DNA of 64,000 bases from Antedon mediterranea (Eukaryota > Animalia > Echinodermata). How positions within the stretch are numbered: the stretch's first letter is position 1; every line of letters begins with the position of its first letter. Location: the NCBI RefSeq assembly GCF_964355755.1, contig NC_092677.1:3742101-3806100 (forward strand), in the 5' to 3' direction. This document shows positions 53,343-64,000 of this stretch, piece by piece. The notes beneath the pieces are model-generated. The model was not told where the DNA came from, searched no databases, and saw nothing but the letters and a program-made list of their open reading frames with translations. The translations under genes were made by a program, and so were the position numbers.

Positions 53343-55404
53343 GATTTTTCTTACTTCAGGGTTATTTTCTTCAAACAATACAACGTTTCACCACAAACTA
53401 CAACAGATAAATGTACAGAGGAATCAACCATGACGTAGCAGGTGGTCATGACGTAATTGCTGAATCCAAGCCTCTGAGTTGCTGAAAACAACAATTAAAA
53501 AAAATACCACCGGAGTTAATTTGAATATTCATGTGCACATTTTAATGGTTACGTTATCATTACCCTTAAAGAAGGCAGGAGAGGAGGGTGGGAGCTGATA
53601 GCGGCTTCAGAGGGTGCGTACTATTATGGATATGTTTCATCGGATAAGAATAATTCCAAAATAAGGTCCTTGAAAATAAACACATTAGTTGAATTTTAAT
53701 TTATGTATGGTGCCTACTTTGAACGTGGTAATGTGCAAACCATAACATACAGGAGCTGCCAAGTCCGGTGCGATATTTCATTAATTTGTTTTCATTAATC
53801 ATATCCATAAGGTGTGACGTAAGAATTGAGCTAATTACAATTTTCTAATGCAAACGCTTTCTGTCGAGCCGTCTGGATTAGATTGACTTTATATGTCGAT
53901 GTATGGGGTTCGAATCCCATGAGCAACTTCTTTTAACTTTATAGTGAGAGAGATATTATTTAGAGGGTTAGGTTTAGTTATATTTAGGAAGTAGTTCGGC
54001 TATCGTTTACATAAGAGGTCCCCAACTTATGTACAAAAACAAAAATCACCCCGGGGACGTAATCTTTGGCTAACATGGCAAGTTAGTTCGTTTTAATCGG
54101 TTTACACCAGGCACACTTCTAAACGATGAGACGTAAAAATCGGTTTGCAAATGAGATAGACATTCAATACGATTTTAATTCCGGTTTTTGTAGTGGGGTC
54201 ATGTGAATATAATTGCGATCATAAAACTGAATTTGCTCACATTCGCTTCAGGGGCGGACCAAGGGTTGTGCCCTAGTGGCCCGGGAAACACTCTTAATTT
54301 TATACTAAATGTTGTTTCTGCCACTAAATTAAAATTTACATCCCATTTCAGCGTATCCAATATCCATATAGAGTTAAACTGTATTTGTAAATTGGCAGAA
54401 TGCACCGTAATATTTAACCAGCAGTCACTAAAGACCTACTACTGTATCCACGTACAGTATATATCGGCGGTCGACGTATTTTTTGTCAATAAGTTTCTGT
54501 GCATGCGCAAAATAAATTTCTGACTGACTAGTTGCTTGTGGTGCGCGCGTCATGTGAGCATGGAGATGTATCTCTCTTCGTCACGAGAGGTAATAATAAT
54601 AGTCTGTTCTTATATAGCGCATATAAGCAGGCTCTCAATGCGCTTTACATAAAAAATAAAAGCAGGAAATGATAAATTAATGAAAAGCTTGTACGAAAGG
54701 AGCCCAATTATACACACTGTGTGTGTGGAAAAAACCGTCATATGTGTCGTCGATTTGTTCATAATTATTGCGTTTGCCGGGGTTTTTCCATAATTTAAGG
54801 CCAAATCATAATTTTGCGTATAATTTTTGTTTTTCCGTGTAGAACCCTATTTATCTTCATTTCCGTATTAGACTACATTTCCGTAGTAACAGTGTTATAC
54901 CGGTAGCTGAGCACATTTTGCTTCTTTCCGCAAATTTTCTATCATTATTTTATGTCTAATATAATTATTGAGTACGTTTTCCTCAATATTTATAGCAGCA
55001 GCTTCATATTTTTTATCTAATTTTTTGAAATCATTAATTGATGATAATAATTAATGTACTTATTATTATCTTTTATTATTTCATTATAGTTAATATAATT
55101 TATCACCGTACCGGCGGAAGAATCTTCATCGGGAATTCCCCCTGATTCACATTGAAGCAAATCCTTTTATTCTATTTTTCGTCACGCGTGTTTCTGCTTC
55201 GATCGTTTTGTTGTTTGCTTGCAGTTTTTCCGTTGTGTATACAAACATACACACATATATGTCACATAATTAAAACATTGAACGTTGATAGGCTTATAGG
55301 GTATGTTCAAGTTACAGAGTTGCAGGAAGGTTTTGTTGTTAGCTTATTAATAGATAAAAGAAGTAATGTCAACGAACGACCTTCACCAACAGCACTGTAT
55401 CGTA

Positions 55405-56860
55405 TAATGTAGGCGGGATTGAGTGTAATGCTTCAATTCACTCGGACAATTCGTGCGGTCACAGTCTGTAACTAACGCTAAGCAGGGAGTTGCTTATTTT
55501 ACAACTCTCTGCGCTAAGTAACCCATTACTGTATATTGTTTCTTTGTGTTACATAATATATTTCCTTATAAATTATATCATTACCTGTACTTTCCGCGTG
55601 AACGTTGCTTGGAGAAAATAACTTATTTAGTAATGAGAATCATGTCTCGAATGTGTAAATTGAAGTCACTATTTTTTGTTATATTAATGTTGGTTACTTT
55701 GACCGGAATTAATATCAGAAAAATTTTACTTGATCAAAAATGTCCAAATTCCAGATAAGTGTTGAAGCGAGAATAGGACTATTCTGTCGTGGGGTTTACC
55801 AGCAGCTACTAGTTCTAGTTCTAGTTGATCATATGGGCGTAGCAGATGAATACAGTGTACCAAGTTATTCCATAGAGGAATAGTAGTTGTACTCATCATG
55901 ATATGAGGCATCATACATCATCATACACAGGCATACGCCATATCTCCCAGTGGTGCATCTCCTCTCCCGACTGCGGGTTGTTTTCTCGATGGCCGTCGTT
56001 GGTTCTCATCAACCGACGCCCTTGTAGTTTTTTGTTTGTTTTTTGTACCAACTGGGTGTCCAACCACCCTCCACATCTGCTAAAGGAGTGGTGGGGGTAT
56101 AAGCTAATTGGTTTAATATCACATTTACACTCGTAATATTTTTTTTCGCTTACTGTTACCGCTCTTCTGTGCAAATATTTATAAGATTTCGCAGTTTCTA
56201 AAGCTCTGTCTGCACTATCAAACTAGTTAGACAACAAGGCCATATACATGGCTGCAGTCACCTGCTCAAGTTAGTGTTTACCGACCGAACGACCAACCGA
56301 CCGACATAGTAAGCTGGAGTCGCGTTGCACGTGACTAAAAACGTGTGATGTGCCCAAATATGGTGGTGATATACTCAAATATGCTAGTGATATACCCAAA
56401 TATGCTAGTGATATGACATCATCATTTTCATATATGAGCACATCACATTTTTTGTTACATAAAGTTTGTTAATTTATAATTACAGGCCAATGAAACTATC
56501 ACAAAAATGCCAAATTTGACCCTTTTTTAGACATAAATCGTACTTCTTCAGAAAATAAATACAAGAAATACCGAATTCAGCAATTGTCATTTAATGCATC
56601 TTTCCCTACTGATACCGTACTCGAACATTTTTCTAATTTTATTTTGTACTATGATGTGTTATGTATGTTTATGAATTTGTGAATGGAAATAATGAAAAAA
56701 AATGTTTTTTTTTATTGAATAGAATAATCAAAATGATAGTGTTTATGAATAAATGATTTAATTATTTAAGTCTTGAATATTAATGAGGGTATTATTTCTA
56801 TAAGTAATTATAATTATGATATTTTAATGAATACATTAATGGTATTATTTATGAATAAGA
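55405..56860 (+). pseudogene. Gal3ST-like pseudogene: exon 1 retained with dead donor, catalytic exon deleted
   Basis: Paralogous to ~57067-57772 joined to ~59258-60190. Exon 1 (55642-55754) ends ccag|ATaagt instead of GT. Confidence 0.85.
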
Positions 56861-57239
56861 TGGTTCTGAAATCATATGTACATCCCTAATACGTAGTAAA
56901 AATATGGTCCTCGGTCAAGTTGTCATTTAACATTCAACTATAACTAGTTCCTCATTGTTTCAGTGGATTTAATTATTAAAATGATTTGGTGATCGAGTCT
57001 TTTTTGTAAGAAGCATTGTGATGATTTAAATGGATGGCGCCGATGGATCAAGTTTATTGTATCGCCTAATGTAGGCTAGGAATGAGTGTAATGCTTCAAT
57101 TCACTTGGACAATTCGTGTCACAGTCTGTAACTAACGCTTTATGCATGCCATTATATATTATAAATTAATATTTAGCATTACCTGTACTTTCCGCGTGAA
57201 CGTTGCTTATAGAAAATAGCTTATTTAGTAATGAGAACC

Positions 57240-57355
57240 ATGCCTCGAATGTGTAAAATGAAGTCACTATTTTTTGTTATATTGATGTTGGTTACTTTGA
57301 CCGGAATATATAATATCAGAAAAATTTTACTTAATCAAAAATGCCCAAATTACAG
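57240..57355 (+). CDS. Gal3ST-like copy 2, first coding exon (type II membrane anchor)
   Basis: MPRMCKMKSLFFVILMLVTLTGIYNIRKILLNQKCPNY-AG|gtaagt; phase 2. An alternative in-frame ATG lies at 57231. Confidence 0.88.
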
Positions 57356-57514
57356 GTAAGTGTTGAAGCGAGAATAGGACTATTCTGTCGTAAGGTTTAC
57401 CAGCAGCTACTAGTTCTAGTTCTAGTTGTCCCACCATGACCTAGAAGATCATATGGGCGTAGCAGATGAATACAGTGTACCAAGTTATTCCATAGAAGAA
57501 TAGTAGTTGTAGGC

Positions 57515-57742
57515 CTACTCATCATGATACGAGGCATCTACATCATCATACACAGGCATAAGCCATATCTCCAAGTGGTGCATCTCCTCTCCCGACGGCG
57601 GTTTTTTTTTTCTCGATGGCCGTCGTCGGTTCTCATCAACCGACGCCCTTGTAGTTTTTTGTTTGTTTGTTTTTTGTATCAACTGGGTTTCCAACCACCC
57701 TCCACATCTGCTAAAGGAGTGGTGGGGGTATAAGCTAATTGG
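57515..57742 (-). mobile_element. Retroelement-like 3' fragment with (GAT)n-like tail in the Gal3ST intron; duplicated at ~55890-56110
   Basis: GC-richer block ending tatgatgatgtagatg on the minus strand, shared by copy 2 and the pseudogene. Confidence 0.4.
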
Positions 57743-58160
57743 ATGGTTTAATATCACATTTACACTCGTAATGCACTTATTGTGGTCTAAAACCAACCGT
57801 TAAGGGGATACGGACTTTAAGAGGTGCAGTATATATAGTGGCCATTTAATTTATGCCATCAACTCACTTCGATGTCCGATTTTGGTAAACTTTGAATAGT
57901 ATGATGTTCGAACAATTGTGACATATCAATCAGAAAAAAGACTAAACAAAATTATGTCCATATATGAAGAATATGTTCTGGTCAAGAGGGGCACAAAAGT
58001 CTGAACATTTAGGTAGATCCAGGTAGGTAGATGTTGAAATGTGTTCTAAGTCTATACTAATTTTACTGGTCTATTATCATTGCTTCCTTCTGACTAGTTT
58101 GTAAAAATAGGAAAAAAAAATAGAAAATGGTATAAATTATATTGGTAATTTGTATTGCAG

Positions 58161-59271
58161 GTACTGTGTCGATTTAAACTCAAGTTGGAGAAAGCACATT
58201 TCATGGAGTGAACCTAAACAGGCTAATTCTACATTAAGTGAGATTGCATGCAACCCGTACCAACATATTGTCTTATTAAAGACACACAAAACTGGAAGTA
58301 CCACATTGAGCTTAATCCTGCACAGATATGGATTTTTACGAAATTTAACTTTTGCATCACCTAAACGCGGACATATAATTAGCCACACACACTTTAACAG
58401 AAAACAGGTACTTCCAGGCACCTACGATTTACTGGTGAACCATGTAAGGTACAACCGAACAGAGATGGAAGCCGTAATGAAACCAGATACTAAATACATA
58501 ACAATTATTAGAGATCCTTCTACGCAATTGGAGTCTGTCTTTGGATACTTTCAGCTTTTTAATCCGTTGCATTTACAAAATGAACAGAATCCATATCGAA
58601 CATTTATGTCCAAACCACAATATTTTCTTGATCGATATCCAGAATTTCGACAAAGATCTTACTTAAGAAATCCTCTTCTGTATGATTTTGGACTGGATCA
58701 CGTTCAACAATTGAACCAAACATTGTTAAACGAAACCATAAGAAAAATAGAAACGGAATTTGATCTTATAATGTTGCAAGAGTATTTCAATGAGTCTTTA
58801 CTACTGTTGAAGAAGCTTTTCTGTTGGGAATGGGATGATATATTATATATTACAAAGACAGTAAGGATTGCAAGTTTAAGGTACAATGTTTCAGATAAAA
58901 TTCGTGAAGATGCCAGAAAATGGTGCGCATCAGATGCCCAGCTATATGACCATTTCAAAGTTATATTTTTAGAAAAACTTAAAAATTACGGTCCGGAATT
59001 GGAAAAGGATTTAAAGTTTTTAGAATTTAAATTAAATCAAACAATGTATGAATGTACTCTACCTGACAAGACACCAAACATCAAAGATAGATCGTACCGG
59101 CCTATTGCAAACTTGAAACATAATAACACTCTGTGCCCGTACATGATGAATTCTGCTAAAGAATTCGCTTCAATAGTACGAAATAAACAAAATGTAAAAT
59201 CGAGTGTAGTCAAAAAAAGAAAGAAAACTGGTCGTCGTAGAAAGAAACTGCACAATAGCAAATATTTATAA
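58161..59271 (+). CDS. Gal3ST-like copy 2, catalytic exon
   Basis: ttgcag acceptor ends 58160; same Gal3ST motifs as copy 1. Confidence 0.93.
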
Positions 59272-61386
59272 GATTCGCAGTTTATAAAGCTCTGTCTACA
59301 CTATCAGTTAGACAAAACGTGATATACCCAAATAATGCTAGTGATATGACATCACGTCCATATATGATTGATTATAGTTTCATCATATTTAAATCAAAAT
59401 ACAAAAAATACCTAATATCAAAATACAAACCAATTTAATATTTCACCCAAATTTTGACCTATTTCAAACACCTCTTTTACCCTTATTTATTTATTTGTTT
59501 GTTTGTCTTGTCTTCGTCTATACTTGGTCTCTTGCGTAGTGTATGTACCGTCTGTAACCCCTGTTTGTCTCTGTCTATGAACATTTGATCCAAATTTTTT
59601 TATACAACTTTTTTCCTGGTGGAACCTGTCGTAAAGCTCTTTGAGCTTATTTGTGTTTTCTCCAGATACAATGCATTTATATTAACTTGATTCATACTTT
59701 GTCAACATATTTTGAAATTTGCTTTGTATAAATAAATGATTGAATGAATGAATGAATATGGTCACACCACATTTTTTTGTCACATAAAGTTTGTAAGTTG
59801 ATAATTACATGCCAATGAAACTACCAGAATAACCATTCCGACAAATTTGCCAAATTGGACCCTTTTTTATTAGACAATACATCATATTATTTATTTAGAA
59901 AATAAATATGAGAAATACTGAATTCAACAATTGTCATTTAATGCATCTTTTCCTACTGATACCGTACTCCGTACACACCGTACGTATTTTATTTTGTACT
60001 ATGATGTGTTATATTTATGAATTTGTGAATGGAAATATGAAAAAATAAATGTTTTTTATTGAATAATGAATAATCAAAATGGTATTGTTTATGAATAAAT
60101 GAATTAATTAGTCATGAATATTAATAAGGGTATTTTTTCTATGACTTATTTTTAATGAATAAATTAATGGTATTATTTATAAATAAGAAAATGTATTTTC
60201 AATAAATATATGGATTTTAATGTTTTTTAATTATGGTGTTTTAGTAAAAAATAAATAATTTAAATGAAAGTACTTAAAAACTGAGTGAAGTACTTGGCAA
60301 AATATATCAGAAAAAAACATTATGCGGAGAGAGGGAGACTTTACATACTATTTGATATTCTGCGACTTACAGCCTATTGGGCTGAATTGCGCACAGGTAC
60401 GTATGGATGGACAACAAATACCAAAACTTTCTACTTCCCTAGGGTCCCTTCGTGTCAAATGCTGCCACCAAACGGTGCCTGTTCGTCTCTATACAACAAC
60501 AGGGGCTGAATGGACCAGTAACTCCCTACTCTCATGAAAGATGTGTACATTTGACCTCCAGCTTTGGGTCATAATCAGAGAAGACTTGTTCTACCACCAG
60601 GAAATGGCCGAGGAGTGTCTTGAACGTGTTCCGCCGCTTGTATAGCTACCGCTGTTTTGGTTCATGTCAAAAAATATAAATTTCATTTTAAAACACTAGG
60701 CCTACAAAGCGGATGCTATTTAATATTTCGTATGAAAGATACATGTACGTTTAAAGAATAACAGTTTTTCTCCTTTTTTTTTTTAAAGGTTATTATGAAC
60801 CGATTTTCTTGAATTTCAATAAGCATGTTCTGTAAGTATATACCTTCTAAACCGAAAAGAGAATGATAACTGAATTAATCTTAATGGCAAAACATGTCCA
60901 TATAAATACATCAATCGTTCATGTAATCTACACTAAATGTAATCTATGTAATCATGTAATCTACACTAAATTCATGGAATGCTCTCCCTGCCAGTACAGT
61001 AGAAGTTGACACAACCATACTATTTAAAAGAAAATTTTAGAAGACGAGGGGGCTAATAGAGGGCCACGACCGGCCCACCAGCCTCTTGCACCACTCATTT
61101 AGAGTGGTGTACGGTGAGTTACGGTGAGTTACACTGTAAAACTTTATGTGACAAAAAAAGGAATTTGCCCATATGGAGACGATGACGTCATATCACTAAG
61201 TAATTTGGGCACATTTTTGTCAAACTAGGTTGACAGTGTAGATAGAGTTAACATTATAATCAATAAAAATAATATCTAATAAGTAATGGAGCTACCAAAC
61301 TGGTTGATCGTTATTGATGTCTACTTTAATATACCCGTTGTGACATTATGACGAAAAAAAGAATTTCATATTTTCACATGTGTTAT

Positions 61387-62467
61387 TTAAACATTTGTCA
61401 TCAAACTTGTATTTTGTTTATTTCGTATTATTGTCGTAAATACTTGATCGGATTTCAGCATGTACTGGCAAAGCGAATTATTATTGCTACTGTTTGCAAT
61501 AGGCTGATACGCTCTATACCTTACTTTAGGTGTCTTGTCAGGTAGAGTACATTTATACATTGTTTGATTCAATTTAAACTCTAAAATCTTCAAATCCTTT
61601 TCCAAATCCGGACCGTAATTTGTAACTTTTTCTAAAAATATAAGTTTGAAATGGTCATACAGTTGGGCATCTGACGCGCACCATTTTCTGGAAACTTCGC
61701 GAATTTTATCTGAAACATTGTACCTTAACTTTGTAGTTCTTGTTCCTTTTGCAATATATAATATATCATCCCATTCCCAACAGAAAAGCTTCTTCAACAG
61801 TAATAAAGACTCATTGAAATACTCTTGCAACATTATAATATCAAATTCCTTTTCTATTTTTCTTATAGTTTCGTTTAACAATGTTTGGTTCAATTGTTGA
61901 ACGTGATCAAGTCCAAAATCATACAGAAGAGGATTTCTTAAGTAAGATCTTTGTCGAAATTCTGGATATCGATCGAGAAAATATTGTGGTTTGGACATGA
62001 ATATTCGATATGGATTCTGTTCATTTTGTAAATGCAACGGATTAAAAAGCTGAAAGTATCCAAAGACAGACTCCAATTGCGTAGAAGGATCTCTAATAAT
62101 TGTTATGTATTTAGTATCTGGTTTCATCACGGCTTCCATCTCTGTTCGGTTGTACCTTACATGGTTCACCAGTAAATCGTAGGTGCCTGGAAGTACCTGC
62201 TTTCTATTAAAGTACGTGGAGCTAATTACATGTCCGCGTTTAGGTGTTGCAAAAGTTAAATTTTGTAAAAATCCATATCTCTGCAAGATTGAGGTGATTG
62301 TAGAACTTCCAGTTTTGTGCGTCTTCAAGAAGACAATATGTTGTTGTGGCTTGCATGCAATCTTACTTGGTTTAGTCGTAGTGAAATCACTACGTTTGTC
62401 TTCACTTCCTGTAGGCCTAGGCCTTCTATGCGTTCGCCGCTCCGATTTTACATCGACACAGCACAAG
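61387..62467 (-). CDS. Gal3ST-like copy 3, catalytic exon
   Basis: caatag acceptor at 62468; FLKTHKTGSST and the other Gal3ST motifs. Confidence 0.92.
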
Positions 62468-62999
62468 CTATTGTAATATATAATTAACAAAATTTATTAA
62501 TATAAACAAGCCGAGGTTCATGGATGAGTTAGACGTAAATGTTACGTTTCACATTAAAATGAACATGAATTCGTATGTTATTATTTTATGTAGTCTTTGG
62601 AACGGTTTAGTTACATCTATCCATCAGGTTACTTCAATCGTTTATTTTAAGGCTCCTCTGAAACTCATCTTTCTAACTCTTTTTTTTTTTAGTTTAACGC
62701 TTTTTATATCTTTTTTAACAGGCTTTATGCGCTATACAAGCCCTATATTATTATTGTGTATCATTTTAAAATTAGTTTACTGCAGTAACTGCATTTTTTA
62801 CTGCAATAACGCATGATTTTAGTTTGCTTCAAAGCAGTATTTGCAATAACAAGGTGATGTTAATCTAAAAATTGGCCTTCACTGATAAATATTGCATAAA
62901 CAGGTTTTTAAAGAGTGTGTCAACACAATAATACACTTCGGTAACTGTAGAGTATAGTAAGTTGAACTTATTATTGGACCCTTATTCAAATAAACTTAC

Positions 63000-63121
63000 C
63001 TTGAATTTGTGTAAACATCTTTTAGGACAATTGATGAAAAGCTCCTAAAATGATGTATCCCGATCACACTTCCTAAAATAAATACAGCAATCAGTAGAAA
63101 TTTTAACTTTCGTTTATACAT
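63000..63121 (-). CDS. Gal3ST-like copy 3, first coding exon (type II membrane anchor)
   Basis: MYKRKLKFLLIAVFILGSVIGIHHFRSFSSIVLKDVYTNS-AG|gtaagt; 122 nt, phase 2, in frame with LCCVDVK. Confidence 0.88.
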
Positions 63122-64000
63122 CTTTATACTCCTTGAATTACTAAACGATGAATTTTAAGTGATAATTTTAATAAACTAAAGTGTTTGCACAGCTCTGTAC
63201 ACTGCTTTTTATATTGTCCTCTCATGGACTCTACCATTATTTATGTTTGGTTGTTACGTAGGCTTTTACAGACAATCAACCTACGGGTTCCAAATAGTAA
63301 GATCGCGTGGCAGATAGCATTGATGAGTGGGTGTTTGTACTGTGCGAGTGTTTGAAAACGGTAGGGGTGGGGGGGGGGGGGGTTCTTTGTAGATGAGGGT
63401 GGCTTTACTTTAGCTTTTGACATATAGTTAATCGATAAATGAGTTGTATCCTAATACCAGTGAATAATATGGAAATTAATATGATCCGAAATCCCCATTA
63501 AATTCATGGCCAAACGAAAATGGACACTCAGTACCGGTACCAGCATTATTGAAAAATATTTAGGGCTAATTAAAATTCAGTAGATTTTTAAAATGTAATA
63601 ATTCCACGCTATGATAGTACGAGGATCGTTCCAAAGGACTATTAACTGGAACAGACACCCGTTCAGTGTTTGAAAATTAATTGCACATTTCAAATGAATT
63701 GTTAGATTATTAAAACTTGGGCAAGGCCTACTATTATATTGACGGCCAAATTTTTATAGATTTCTTTCATTATTTACTATTTGAAGCATCAATTGTTAAT
63801 ACAAATACTTCCAAATATTTTATCTTGAATTTGTTTTCGGTAAATATAGGCTATAAGTAAGGATATATTTGCTGTGTAAACAAACAATTATTTTTGTTTC
63901 TCTAAAAGTTTAGTTCAAAGTCGTTGTACGGTGAGGGCGCAATTAATTCGCGATTGCGCAGTTACCACTTAGCAACAGACTGGTAAAATGGCCGAACGTG

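Noticed and set aside
51127-62476. Conserved antisense ORFs (84-97 aa) repeated three times
   Set aside because: They are shadows of the near-identical Gal3ST coding strands.

Overview
AT-rich, intron-containing animal genomic DNA, probably a marine invertebrate deuterostome such as an echinoderm (inferred from gene families and repeats; the taxon is not determined). It is not prokaryotic, and most ORF-track entries are spurious. Supported genes: (1) the last two coding exons of V-type ATPase catalytic subunit A (1486-1657, 7255-7347, +), missed by the ORF track; (2) a single-exon 519-aa membrane-anchored disordered protein (15921-17480, -) with two PP1-docking RVxF-type motifs; (3) a bombesin/GRP-receptor-like GPCR with one coding exon (46718-47851, +); (4) three two-exon galactose-3-O-sulfotransferase-like genes in -/+/- orientation (51-63 kb), plus a fourth copy that lost its catalytic exon. 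The rest is dense with nested non-autonomous DNA transposons (Harbinger-, Kolobok-, MuDR-, EnSpm-, IS3EU-, hAT- and Helentron-like), SINE and LINE fragments, and minisatellites. I cannot demonstrate a wholly new biological system. The best leads are the mosaic (apparently gene-converted) sulfotransferase cluster, a duplicated decoy splice acceptor in the V-ATPase A gene, the orphan candidate PP1-targeting membrane protein, and several unusual transposon structures. All coordinates and alignments were made by eye; no database searches were run.
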